The translations under genes were made by a program, and so were the position numbers. This document shows, piece after piece, positions 10,441 through 20,078 of a stretch of 64,000 bases of DNA. The notes under the pieces were generated by a model that was not told the DNA's origin, did no database searches, and saw nothing but the letters and a program-made list of their open reading frames with translations. Location of the stretch: positions 142,245-206,244 of the IMG/VR virus record IMGVR_UViG_3300026484_000087; one strand, 5' to 3'. The first letter of the stretch is position 1, and each line of letters starts with the position of its first letter.

Positions 10441-11260
10441 TACAGTAAAGACTATATATAATATTGATTTGTCGCTAGCTAATTTTAAAAGAAAGGATTA
10501 TAAGCCATTACCAAATACTACGCTAAATGAAAAATTCAATGTTTTAATGGATGTAGATAGTATGAATGTTGACAATCCAATACTTAAGGGTTATTGTTTA
10601 GGTAATGGCAATATAAAAACAATAGGTCAGGATTCTAAAACTTTTCTTCATTATGGCAATCATAGATCTATAGATGGTGCATTATATTCGCATATACCAT
10701 TTTTGATTAGAGAGTTAGATAAAGATCTTGGTGTTACTGATAAAATGAAATATCGTTTAAGAAAAGAGATTCGCATTGATAATATTGATTATGTTGTTTA
10801 CTATATGAAGGTTATAGAGGATGTTTCTGTGACTAATCAGATTTTGAACATAACGTCTAAAGATGGTACTTTGCCTAAATTAAGCGTATTTAATAGTAAT
10901 GATGTGAGTATATTAAATCCAACTCCTAAAGAATATACTGATACCGTAACATCTATAAAAGATGAATATGTTACAGTATCTGATCAAATAGCTTTAATAC
11001 TAACTATGGATGAACTTAATGAAATAAAGAATGCTATGAGTATAATGGGTTTAGATTCGGTAAGTACTAAAATAAATGAGTTAGCTATTTGTAGTGGAGT
11101 TGATGTTGTTAATCCAGAAGATATGACTATAGAATCTGCTTACAGTCAAGTTATGATGTTTGTTGATTTGGATTATGATATTGAATTAGCCATTAATGAA
11201 AATAAAGGTTTTTATCGTGAGATAGAAATAGGTGGTATGGAGCCAATAAGTTTAAGGTAG
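10433..11260 (+). CDS. Putative phiKZ-like virion structural protein
   Basis: ATG at 10433 after GGAG. Motifs GYCLGNG, H...DGALYSHIPF..RELD.DL and YRLRKE resemble a phiKZ-like structural family (recalled, not searched). Confidence 0.6.
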   Translation: MNSTVKTIYNIDLSLANFKRKDYKPLPNTTLNEKFNVLMDVDSMNVDNPILKGYCLGNGNIKTIGQDSKTFLHYGNHRSIDGALYSHIPFLIRELDKDLGVTDKMKYRLRKEIRIDNIDYVVYYMKVIEDVSVTNQILNITSKDGTLPKLSVFNSNDVSILNPTPKEYTDTVTSIKDEYVTVSDQIALILTMDELNEIKNAMSIMGLDSVSTKINELAICSGVDVVNPEDMTIESAYSQVMMFVDLDYDIELAINENKGFYREIEIGGMEPISLR

Positions 11261-11272
11261 TTTAAGTATCTG

Positions 11273-11305
11273 ATATGGAGGCGACTTTTTTGGTTGTCTT
11301 CATAT
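11273..11305 (+). terminator. Intrinsic terminator-like hairpin
   Basis: ATATGGAGGCGAC-loop-GTTGTCTTCATAT stem with G-U pairs just after the 11260 stop. Confidence 0.55.
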
Positions 11306-11361
11306 GTTATATAAATACATATAAACGTATTTTAATGATAATAAAGCATAAGGTTTAAAAA

Positions 11362-11922
11362 ATGAATAACAATACTATAAATATTCTGGCTATAGATCCA
11401 GGAACAACAACTATAGGTGTTTCAATATTTACTATTAATGTAATAGATTATAGTATCGTAGCAATAGAAACCATTTTAGTTGATACCAGTATACGTTTAG
11501 TGTCATCAGATACAGCATCAGATCTTTTATTAAGATTAGAACGATTATACCATCGTGTTGTAGAGCTTATAAATTATTATAAACCATATATAGTTAGTTT
11601 AGAGAATGGTTTTATAAATAGATTACGACCAGCAGCATATGGGCCATTATCACAATCAATAATGGCAATAGAGTTAGCTGTTAGAAATACTAATCCATAT
11701 ATAAAGATTTTTAAATTTGCACCTAAAACTATAAAGAAGGTTACTACTACAGCTGGTACAGCAGGTAAAAATGATATGTTAGCTGGTATAAAGACCATAC
11801 CAGAGATATCTAATAAGATCAATCCAGATCTTATAAGTGAACATGAGGTTGATAGCTTAGGTGTTAATTACACTATGCTTGAATATATAAGAGAGAACCC
11901 AATAATTCTCTTAATGATATAA
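11362..11922 (+). CDS. ruvC: RuvC-like Holliday junction resolvase
   Basis: ILAIDPG (catalytic D), SLENGF (E), P..IKK, AGKNDM and HEVDSLG (D..D) motifs. Confidence 0.88.
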   Translation: MNNNTINILAIDPGTTTIGVSIFTINVIDYSIVAIETILVDTSIRLVSSDTASDLLLRLERLYHRVVELINYYKPYIVSLENGFINRLRPAAYGPLSQSIMAIELAVRNTNPYIKIFKFAPKTIKKVTTTAGTAGKNDMLAGIKTIPEISNKINPDLISEHEVDSLGVNYTMLEYIRENPIILLMI

Positions 11923-11934
11923 AAGGAAAAACAA

Positions 11935-12459
11935 ATGATTAATTTAGCAATATTTAGAAATAAATATGTTTTAGCTGGAGCTATAGCTTTAGTTATTGGT
12001 TTAATTATAGCTATCGGTTATACAGTTACATCTATAAAAGATTTATTTAATCCAAATAACGATCAACAGATCATACAAGCCTCTAAAGCTAGAAAAGTTA
12101 TAACTGATCAAGTCATAGATACAAATGAAAAACTTAAAACTGCTATAGAAGATAAAACTAAAAGTAATAAAGTTGACAATCAAGTTGTTGTTGCATATAT
12201 TAAGAAAGAAACTAAATCTAATAATAAAATAAACAGTATTGTTAATGATTTAACAGTTAAACAAAGTAAAATAAAAATTAAGATTGATAAGATAAAAGAT
12301 GATACTATAAGTTCTATAACTGATAGGAATGAAACGTCTGATTGTTCTTATGTTATTGATGCCATAGAAATGCAATATGATGCAGAGACTAAATCAGCTG
12401 AAGCAAATATAGATGCTTTGTTTGGAGTATATAATGAAGTAAGTAAGGAAGTAAAATGA
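11935..12459 (+). CDS. Putative inner-membrane spanin (Rz-like)
   Basis: Single N-terminal TM helix followed by a long predicted coiled coil. It overlaps a lipoprotein gene by 4 nt. Confidence 0.65.
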   Translation: MINLAIFRNKYVLAGAIALVIGLIIAIGYTVTSIKDLFNPNNDQQIIQASKARKVITDQVIDTNEKLKTAIEDKTKSNKVDNQVVVAYIKKETKSNNKINSIVNDLTVKQSKIKIKIDKIKDDTISSITDRNETSDCSYVIDAIEMQYDAETKSAEANIDALFGVYNEVSKEVK

Positions 12460-12776
12460 TTAAATATGTACTAATGGCAGTCATAGCGTTCATGTTTAGT
12501 GGTTGTTTTAGATGTCAACCAGTTATAGAAACAAAGGTAGTTTATAAAGATAAAGTTATTCTTGTAGCTCCTCCGAAAGAAGTACTTAACGATATCAGTA
12601 TCCCAAGACCACCAGATAGGGAGTTATTTATTCAGTCTAGTTCCATAGATAGATTAAATATGCTTACCAATTATAGCATAGATTTGATGAAAAGACTTAA
12701 CTCGTCTAATAATAGATTCAGAAGTCTTAGAGAATGGGTTGATAAACAAAAGAAAATATATAAGGAAGATAAGTAG
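12456..12776 (+). CDS. Putative outer-membrane spanin lipoprotein (Rz1-like)
   Basis: Lipoprotein signal MIKYVLMAVIAFMFSG-C and a Pro-rich segment (APPKEV..IPRPPD), directly downstream of the i-spanin candidate. Confidence 0.7.
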   Translation: MIKYVLMAVIAFMFSGCFRCQPVIETKVVYKDKVILVAPPKEVLNDISIPRPPDRELFIQSSSIDRLNMLTNYSIDLMKRLNSSNNRFRSLREWVDKQKKIYKEDK

Positions 12777-12801
12777 TTAGAGGCAATACCTCTAACTACT
12801 T
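12771..12801. terminator. Bidirectional terminator-like hairpin
   Basis: AAGTAGTTAGAGG-CAATA-CCTCTAACTACTT between convergent genes. Confidence 0.75.
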
Positions 12802-13612
12802 ATTTGTATGCCTCTAATCTGCTCTTTATTCTGGCATATGCTATTTTGGTATCGTTGTTTGGATCTGATGTAGTGCCATTAGGTGTTATATAAACCGATT
12901 CGTCCAAAACTTTTAATAGATCGGTTAATACCGACAATAGGTTTTCTGTACCATTATTGATGTTAAAATGTGAAGCGTTCAGTGTTACTGAGTTGCTTGC
13001 TGTCATTGTAAGATCACTAGCTTCTAAATTAAATGACTTAGTTTTCAACTTTATATCGTTATTAAATACCATACTAAGTAATTCAGCAGCACTGTCAAAC
13101 CCAATTTTATTACCTTTATCATCAAATATTTCAAATAGACCTACTTTAGTATCTATTTTCATATCCCATGTAGTTTCTTCTCCATCATTCTTGGCAGTAT
13201 GTAAGCTTACCAACTTTTCAATATTGTCAAATAGCATACTATATGAATTATCATTGGTTAATTCTTTTGCTTCATCGTCATTACTAAATCTAAAATAATG
13301 AGTACCTTTTGTATGTATCGCAGATTTATCTAATGTGCTAAATACAAAGAACCAATAATAAACACCAGTATCTCGATGTCTAAATATAATTACCTCTTTA
13401 CCAGCATTTAACGGTGGTACCTCATCATGAATATTCTCTAATAAACCCAGCCATGTAGCGTTTAGATTTTGTGGCGGTGCTTCATCTGCAGGAAAGAATA
13501 TCTTTATGTCTTCGTTGTCTATTCTAATACATTTTACCGTATCGTTTCCAACAGAAGTATCTTCAGTAAGTCTGTATAATCCTATAGTCTTTAATCTAGT
13601 TAACGGTTTCAT
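12800..13612 (-). CDS. Baseplate spike-like protein, paralog 1
   Basis: Shares (S/T)LHT..NDGE.TT.D..I.TK.G...I.D.KGN...FDS with the next gene. It has beta-helix-like repeats and a PNGTTSDP...IKSRLE terminus. Confidence 0.6.
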   Translation of the reverse strand: MKPLTRLKTIGLYRLTEDTSVGNDTVKCIRIDNEDIKIFFPADEAPPQNLNATWLGLLENIHDEVPPLNAGKEVIIFRHRDTGVYYWFFVFSTLDKSAIHTKGTHYFRFSNDDEAKELTNDNSYSMLFDNIEKLVSLHTAKNDGEETTWDMKIDTKVGLFEIFDDKGNKIGFDSAAELLSMVFNNDIKLKTKSFNLEASDLTMTASNSVTLNASHFNINNGTENLLSVLTDLLKVLDESVYITPNGTTSDPNNDTKIAYARIKSRLEAYK

Positions 13613-13621
13613 TTATTCTCC

Positions 13622-14485
13622 TTATCCACATTTAGGTGGTGATGTATCTATTCCTAAGTTACCACAATGTACGTGAGTTTTATCAATACAGATATCGTCA
13701 TGGGTAATTGTACCACCAAGATATTTAACGCTACCAATGTTATGAGTATTATCGCTACTCGTAGTAGTCCATTTATTTGCGTTCATTGTTAGGTTTGGTG
13801 TAGTTATTGTCATTTTGTTTGTAGCATTATATTCTATGATTTTAGTATTGAATACTATTTTATCAATTATGTTAGCAGTGAGAGTATTTATAGAACTATC
13901 AAATAATAATTCATTGCCTTTACCATCTATAATCGAAATAACGCCCTTTTTAGTATTTATCATAATATCATATGTCGTATGTTCTCCATCGTTATCTGAT
14001 GTATGTATACTTACTTCTTTATTAATTGTATCTACTTTAGTCCAATAGGTATTATCATCATGTAGATTTTCCATGAAAACATCTGTATTACTATAATAAT
14101 GTATTACCTTCTCTTTTCTTCTAAGATCAAATTCATTATACATTGTCATCCAATAAAATTCATCTTCATTGGCATATCTAAATAACATTACTTGTTCACC
14201 TTTTTTAACCATAGGTGCAGTTTTACGGTTACTGTGTCCAAGTGCTAACCATTTAGCTTTTATAGTAACGCTTTTATTTAAAACTATTACTTCGGCTTCA
14301 TTATCTATATCTTCGTTAGATACAGTTATGCCTTCTACATAAGCTATATCGCCATCAACATGTGTCATGTTTTCTATTGGAAAACATTCTACAATAAAAC
14401 CATCTTCCTCAATATCCTTGGCTACTATAGCCACTGAGTACATGTGAAATCTACTAATATCATTAAGACGATTATTATTATTCAT
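13622..14485 (-). CDS. Baseplate central spike (gpV/gp138-like), paralog 2 with HxH metal-binding tip
   Basis: OB-fold-like N-terminus (AKWL...APMVKKGEQVMLFRY), beta-helix repeats and C-terminal KTHVH...TSPP typical of spike apex domains. Confidence 0.7.
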   Translation of the reverse strand: MNNNNRLNDISRFHMYSVAIVAKDIEEDGFIVECFPIENMTHVDGDIAYVEGITVSNEDIDNEAEVIVLNKSVTIKAKWLALGHSNRKTAPMVKKGEQVMLFRYANEDEFYWMTMYNEFDLRRKEKVIHYYSNTDVFMENLHDDNTYWTKVDTINKEVSIHTSDNDGEHTTYDIMINTKKGVISIIDGKGNELLFDSSINTLTANIIDKIVFNTKIIEYNATNKMTITTPNLTMNANKWTTTSSDNTHNIGSVKYLGGTITHDDICIDKTHVHCGNLGIDTSPPKCG

Positions 14486-14503
14486 CACCATTCCTTTCTT
14501 TAT

Positions 14504-14530
14504 CTTTAATCAGATAAATGTTATGGGTAA
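14504..14530 (-). promoter_or_regulatory. Class II promoter-like motif TTACCCATAACA-N6-TG
   Basis: 27 bp identical to 21819-21845, lying between a palindrome and the spike-gene RBS. Confidence 0.65.
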
Positions 14531-14551
14531 GAAAAAGAAATAGACTTTATC

Positions 14552-14581
14552 TTACATATGATACCATGGTATCATATGTAA
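14552..14581. terminator. 30-bp perfect palindrome
   Basis: TTACATATGATACCATGGTATCATATGTAA, just past the 14594 stop. Confidence 0.7.
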
Positions 14582-14593
14582 ATATTATTTAAA

Positions 14594-15889
14594 TTATAAT
14601 AAAAGATTAATAATATATGAGTACTCTTCCACTAAGTTATCAAAATTGTTTTCACTAATCAATATTGAACTATAAGTACTGGTACCAAAAGTGGGAAGTT
14701 TATAAGCAATATATTCGCCATCATCAATACCTATACTAAAAATACTTTCACCGAGTAAATTCATTTTGATTTTTGCTTTAACTCTAACATAATTGTTATT
14801 AGTTATACTTGGTATAATAATAGATTTAAGCATTAATAATAACTCATCTACATGATATAAATCACCAAAGAAACCTTTTATGTTATTAAGCGTTATAGCA
14901 TGGTCTCTAGTATCAAAATCAATATCTAATGATCTAATCGATGTCTCAAACATTAAACTTTGTAACGTTTCATTTAAGGCATATGCTATTTTACTATTTT
15001 TACTACCATCTTTTAAAGTTGAGAAGGAACCATGAAATAATGGAGCAACATCAATTATTTCAACTATATCTTTAATATCAGTGTTTATGTTATTTAGTAA
15101 ATCTAAAGTTAATGTGTTTACTATTATTGTTCCACTTAATATGCCTAAGGTATTTAGAAAATGATTTTCAAAGATCTGTCCCTCTACTAAACTACATATA
15201 GCTGTATTTAAATTATCTATTGAACCCATACTTATTTTATTCATTTCATAATCAAGTATAATGGCATTTAATAACTCAGACGTACTGTGTGATAATATGT
15301 TATTCCTAAATTTAGAATTTATTGGAATAATGCTAGAATCGTTTCTTATATCGGTATAGTCTGCAGTAAATGTGTTTTTAGCATTTATAGCTCTTATGAT
15401 ATCTTCTGGTCTACATGTTTTTAATTTTGTTTCTTTATCTGAACTACTTATTATCTGATAATTCTTCATATTGCGAACATGTGTGGGTTCTTTAAAATTA
15501 TCTACAGTATACTCTGCCACGCTATTTATGTATAGTAATGTTCTATCATTTATTGTGTTGTCATCAGTAAACCCTAATACTATTGTAACTATGTTAATAC
15601 CATTGTGCGAATGTTCAGTTTTAATCATAAAGCTGTAACGTTCACTTTCCCAGCCATTGTCAATGACTGCATCTCTAGTCTCTTCAGAATACCTAAGTAC
15701 ATCAGGGTTTATTTTACTTACGCAAAATGGTTCAACCAGTGTACCTTTATTTATAATTGTATCTATTTTGTCTATGTTTTCATATGATATATTTCCTACT
15801 ACATCCCTACTACATATGTCACTGTAACTGTTCATCTTAAAGAATTTTATTTCCTTTATTATAGGACTATTTTCTGGAATTTTAAACAT
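14594..15889 (-). CDS. Putative nvRNAP promoter-specificity subunit (phiKZ gp68-like), 431 aa
   Basis: Likely start is ATG 15889 after AAGGAG (the track's 16183 extension overlaps sbcC). Motifs NGWESERYSF, LGFTD, LYINSV and RPEDI resemble gp68-family proteins as I recall them. Confidence 0.55.
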   Translation of the reverse strand: MFKIPENSPIIKEIKFFKMNSYSDICSRDVVGNISYENIDKIDTIINKGTLVEPFCVSKINPDVLRYSEETRDAVIDNGWESERYSFMIKTEHSHNGINIVTIVLGFTDDNTINDRTLLYINSVAEYTVDNFKEPTHVRNMKNYQIISSSDKETKLKTCRPEDIIRAINAKNTFTADYTDIRNDSSIIPINSKFRNNILSHSTSELLNAIILDYEMNKISMGSIDNLNTAICSLVEGQIFENHFLNTLGILSGTIIVNTLTLDLLNNINTDIKDIVEIIDVAPLFHGSFSTLKDGSKNSKIAYALNETLQSLMFETSIRSLDIDFDTRDHAITLNNIKGFFGDLYHVDELLLMLKSIIIPSITNNNYVRVKAKIKMNLLGESIFSIGIDDGEYIAYKLPTFGTSTYSSILISENNFDNLVEEYSYIINLLL

Positions 15890-15944
15890 TATGTACTCCT
15901 TATTGTTAGAGGTATCATCTAGGATACTTAACCGACATAACTTT

Positions 15945-15976
15945 GATACTGCCACGTATCTACATATATTATATAT
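15945..15976 (-). promoter_or_regulatory. Class I promoter-like ATATATAAT plus GATAC-GTGGCA-GTATC leader hairpin
   Basis: One of four copies with identical 7-nt spacing. Confidence 0.7.
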
Positions 15977-16052
15977 GGTTGAAAATAAGTGGAAAGTTAG
16001 ATGTATAATTATTAAACGCAATATAAATAATTGAATAATTAAAGGATATGAT

Positions 16053-18503
16053 ATGTATATAGAAAATTTAACACTTAGCAGATATAAAAGATTATTTTTG
16101 GCATATATAAATAAATTGGAATATACCCCAGAAAAAAGAATAAATATAATTGTTGGTAAAAATGGATCTGGTAAGTCCTCCACTTTAAAAGAACTTACTC
16201 CGTTGCCAGCTAATTTAACTAAAGACTATGATGAAGATGGTTATAAAAAAATAACTATAAAACATAAGGGTAGTAAATATGTGTTGACTTCTGGCATAGT
16301 AGGTAAGAATAAACATAGTTTCATGGTAGATAATGAAGAGCTTAATCCAGCTGGTACAAGAAAAGTACAACTTATGTTAGTTAAAGAACACTTTAATTTA
16401 ACACAAGATATACACGATACTCTTATAGGACTAAAGAACTTTACATCTATGTCAACCGTAGAAAGAAAAAATTGGTTTACAAATATATCAACAGTAGACT
16501 ACACTTATGCTATAGGCGTATATAATAAGATAAAGCAAAGACATAGGGATATAGTGGGAGCATTAAAGATATCTCAAACAGAATTAACCAAAGGTAGCGA
16601 TAGTATTAAAACCGAAGAGGAAATAAATTCTATAAAGGGTGAAATAAAAATACTTAAAGAGATATTGGATCTGGCTATGTCTTCTAAAGAACAATTTAGA
16701 TCACCAGTAGATATTGATGAAACCAAACTTATGATGCTTGTTGATATGGGTTATAAAGTATTGTCAGAACTCAATAAACCAGATCTAGATGTAGATATAG
16801 ATGTTGCTATTGGATCTATTAGTAATGAAATTACTCTTTTAAAGAATGAGATAGAAAAACAAAATAAAATATTGAAAGATCTAATGTTTATGGAAGATAC
16901 TAAAGATAGTTCTGATGCCAAACTTATAGATGAAACAATACTTGAGTTGCAAAAAAAGATAAGTACACTAGAAGATTCATTTATAGTGAAAATACCAAGA
17001 GATGATCTTCCTGAATTTATAAACTCTTTTAATTATAGATATCAAGACATCATAGTTATATTAAATGAAATTTCTATTAGGAATGATGCTGATTATGATA
17101 TAGACCTATATAAAAAGAATTTAACAGATATTGATGTTATAAATGCAAATATAAATACATTTGTAAATCTTAGAGAGACTTTATTTAAAACGAAGGATTC
17201 TATGGAACATAATAGAGATCATAATGAAGTTGAATGTGTTAAGTGTGGTAATATTTGGTCTATAGGTTATGACGAAAAAGAGTATAAGATAGTTATTGAT
17301 AAGATAGATAAATTAAGTGTTAAAATAGAGAAACTTAAAAAAAGACTTGATGAACTTAATGAAGTAGTAAGTACTTTTAAAGAGAAAATAACCTATACTA
17401 AACAGTTGTTATCTATTAAAGACAATGAAACTAATTTATACAATAAACAGGTTTTAGAACATGTTCTTGATAAATACAATGTTCTTACCGAAAGCAAAGC
17501 TATTATAGACTATATGTATAAAGTTAAGAATAATGTAGCAGAGCTTGAAAAGATACCTATTTATGTAAAAGAATATGAAATGCATCTTAAAGATAAAGAG
17601 ATATTAGAAGTAAAACGTAAAATGGAGGTTGAATACTTCAATACTAATAAGGATAACATAGAAGAAGAGTTAAGTAACAACAAGGTCAGATTAAAAGAAC
17701 TTGATAATAAGTTAAACTCTGTTAAATCCTATAAATCCAATTTATCTATACTTACAAAGATATCTGATACTCTTATAGATAGTATTAAGAAATTGAACTC
17801 TAATAAACAAGTAGAGATATCTATGGCCAGAAATAATAGTCTTAACGAATCCATTAAAGTTATAAATCTTGAGATAAGTAAATTAGAATCTATAATATCA
17901 GATTCTTTATATAACTCTAAACTTATAGAGAATAACAAAGAGAAAGTTATAGAGTTGGATAAAAGAAAGAAAGCCACCGCTTTATTATTGGAAGTAATGT
18001 CTCCTAATAACGGTTTAATAGCTAAATCGATAACACAATTTCTTGATATGTTCATAAACGATATGAATTCTATAATAAATAAGGTATGGAATTATAGTAT
18101 AGATGTTCTTCCTTGTAAGATAGATGATGGAGTTGATTTAGATTATAAGTTTGAGGTTAGGGTAGATGGTAGAAACGTTATGGAGGATGTTAGTAAGACT
18201 AGTTCATCTATGAAGGAGATAATTAATTTAGCTTTTAAAATAGTGAGTATGAAATATCTTAATATGGAAGATTATCCATTATACTTAGATGAGTATGCTG
18301 CATCATTTGACGCACATCATGCTATAAAAGCATATGACGGTATAGAGACGTTAGCTTCATCCAGCTTTAATCAAATTTTCATGATATCGCATTATGAAAG
18401 TACATACACCAGGTTCAGTGATTGTGATATATCTGTATTAGATGCAGAGAATATATTGCTTAATGGAGATATGGAAATAAATAGAGTATTAAAACTTAGT
18501 TAG
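16053..18503 (+). CDS. sbcC: SbcC/Rad50-like SMC ATPase
   Basis: Walker A GKNGSGKS, coiled coils, zinc-hook CVKC, signature-like SSSM and Walker B LYLDE. Confidence 0.9.
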   Translation: MYIENLTLSRYKRLFLAYINKLEYTPEKRINIIVGKNGSGKSSTLKELTPLPANLTKDYDEDGYKKITIKHKGSKYVLTSGIVGKNKHSFMVDNEELNPAGTRKVQLMLVKEHFNLTQDIHDTLIGLKNFTSMSTVERKNWFTNISTVDYTYAIGVYNKIKQRHRDIVGALKISQTELTKGSDSIKTEEEINSIKGEIKILKEILDLAMSSKEQFRSPVDIDETKLMMLVDMGYKVLSELNKPDLDVDIDVAIGSISNEITLLKNEIEKQNKILKDLMFMEDTKDSSDAKLIDETILELQKKISTLEDSFIVKIPRDDLPEFINSFNYRYQDIIVILNEISIRNDADYDIDLYKKNLTDIDVINANINTFVNLRETLFKTKDSMEHNRDHNEVECVKCGNIWSIGYDEKEYKIVIDKIDKLSVKIEKLKKRLDELNEVVSTFKEKITYTKQLLSIKDNETNLYNKQVLEHVLDKYNVLTESKAIIDYMYKVKNNVAELEKIPIYVKEYEMHLKDKEILEVKRKMEVEYFNTNKDNIEEELSNNKVRLKELDNKLNSVKSYKSNLSILTKISDTLIDSIKKLNSNKQVEISMARNNSLNESIKVINLEISKLESIISDSLYNSKLIENNKEKVIELDKRKKATALLLEVMSPNNGLIAKSITQFLDMFINDMNSIINKVWNYSIDVLPCKIDDGVDLDYKFEVRVDGRNVMEDVSKTSSSMKEIINLAFKIVSMKYLNMEDYPLYLDEYAASFDAHHAIKAYDGIETLASSSFNQIFMISHYESTYTRFSDCDISVLDAENILLNGDMEINRVLKLS

Positions 18504-18526
18504 TATAACCATATGGTTATACTAAC
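18499..18526. terminator. 28-bp perfect palindrome
   Basis: GTTAGTATAACCATATGGTTATACTAAC between convergent genes. Confidence 0.75.
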
Positions 18527-19136
18527 AGTTACATTTTATTTTTTTTATATAAGATTCTAGGTTTCTTATATGGGTATCTTTTTTATCTAATAGCGTTAAT
18601 GTTTCTTGGTATCTAGTTCTAAAACTTTTCTTAACAGATGATTTGTTCTCTCTAAGTAATTCCATTTGCTTACTTGTAGTATCATCTAACAATACTTTAG
18701 CAGAGGTAGGGATCTCTTTTAAGGCAGCTTCTACTCCGAGATTGTCGTATATAACATTAATCAAATCATCTTTCAACGTTGTAAGATCTAAATCCAATGG
18801 TAATAAGCCTAATGAAATAGCCAGCATCCTTTCTTGATGTTGTTTACCAACTATAACAGGTATACTTAATATTTTATTAGCTGGTACATAAAGATATTCG
18901 TTACCAGTACTTAATAGAACTACTATAGGTACTTTATTTTCAAGATCTCTTGCTAGGTCTTCTTCAGTAAGACCTACTGGTTTATAGATATTGTCAAGAG
19001 GTTTATCTGTAGCAAGTTCATCTAGACTACGTATAGCTGTAACAAGGTATTCTTCTAAACTACTTAATACATTATCAAATGGGGCTGCTAACACAAACTT
19101 ACCTTTTGAATTTATTGGTGGTACTGTATATTCCAT
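18522..19136 (-). CDS. Conserved phiKZ-like hypothetical protein
   Basis: 204 aa, AAAGGA RBS and a class II motif upstream. The N-terminal PPINSKGKF.L..PF motif is recalled from jumbo phages. Confidence 0.65.
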   Translation of the reverse strand: MEYTVPPINSKGKFVLAAPFDNVLSSLEEYLVTAIRSLDELATDKPLDNIYKPVGLTEEDLARDLENKVPIVVLLSTGNEYLYVPANKILSIPVIVGKQHQERMLAISLGLLPLDLDLTTLKDDLINVIYDNLGVEAALKEIPTSAKVLLDDTTSKQMELLRENKSSVKKSFRTRYQETLTLLDKKDTHIRNLESYIKKIKCNC

Positions 19137-19153
19137 TATTATTCCTTTATTTA

Positions 19154-19179
19154 TTTAATCAATAAAATGTTATGGGTAA
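19154..19179 (-). promoter_or_regulatory. Class II promoter-like motif
   Basis: Minus strand reads TTACCCATAACA-TTTTAT-TGATTAAA. Confidence 0.6.
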
Positions 19180-19206
19180 TAATTGAAAAAAAAAATAAAC
19201 ATGATA

Positions 19207-19491
19207 TTAGATATCATGCTCATCCAGATCAACTGACAGTCTGATCTTATTTGGTGTCATAGACACAACTTTAATGTTGAATTTTGTGTAGATATTAACA
19301 AGATCATTGAAATTATCAATAATATCAGTATAACAAAATCCACCACATACTAGTTCATCGAACTCTCCAGAGCTTGAAGCTATTGGAAATGTTCTTTCCA
19401 ACAACTCTTTATGTACTGTATCAAATCTTACGATAACTACCATAGTTCTTGGATCTATATTTTCTAGTTGTTCTTCAGTTAGTTTTTTCAT
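19207..19491 (-). CDS. Hypothetical protein
   Basis: 94-aa ORF with an AGGAG RBS, coupled to the upstream gene. Confidence 0.65.
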   Translation of the reverse strand: MKKLTEEQLENIDPRTMVVIVRFDTVHKELLERTFPIASSSGEFDELVCGGFCYTDIIDNFNDLVNIYTKFNIKVVSMTPNKIRLSVDLDEHDI

Positions 19492-19873
19492 TGTCTTCTC
19501 CTATTTCCTTAATATAGTCTTTGAATCTATTTAGCTCATTAAGACTCATATTACATTCGAACTCTTCAGTCCATTCTAATGTACAAAGCTCAGCGATGCT
19601 TTTACCAGCATCTTTATAATCCTGAACAGTTCCAGGACTAACTTGATCTTTTAATACATCAACCACTATTTTGTTATTATCATTGTATTCAACAACAACT
19701 CTAACTGTTCCTACGTATATAAGATCTACTTCTCTTTTATTGTCTTGTCTTATTCTACTAGCGAAAGCCATACTATCTTTTGGATAGTTTCCTCTATTGT
19801 CAAAGTTTCTTGTTAGAGGACTAACCCCAGTAGTAGTAAAATTATTAGAAAAGTTTTGTGGATTAAATGACAT
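19475..19873 (-). CDS. Hypothetical protein
   Basis: 132-aa ORF with an AAGGAG RBS and a class I motif at 19991-19999. Confidence 0.7.
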   Translation of the reverse strand: MSFNPQNFSNNFTTTGVSPLTRNFDNRGNYPKDSMAFASRIRQDNKREVDLIYVGTVRVVVEYNDNNKIVVDVLKDQVSPGTVQDYKDAGKSIAELCTLEWTEEFECNMSLNELNRFKDYIKEIGEDNEKTN

Positions 19874-20078
19874 AATGTCTCCTTCCGTAATAGACCATTG
19901 ATTATAGGTTCTAACTTTTGTTAGATTATTTTAAATTACCCATAATAAAAGAATCATTAGCTATTTGATTCTTCCCCTATTACTACTTTTATTATATATG
20001 GTTGAAATATATTCGAAACTCAATTTTAACAGTTTTTATAGACTAAGTAATTTTATGATAAAATATAAGGAAATTAAT

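Noticed and set aside
15890-16183. Track N-terminal extension of the 14594 ORF
   Set aside because: It overlaps the sbcC start and crosses the promoter motif. A strong AAGGAG-ATG exists at 15889.
19965-20078. TTG-start extension of RNase H
   Set aside because: It spans the promoter region. ATG 20079 has an RBS and matches the start of the fold.
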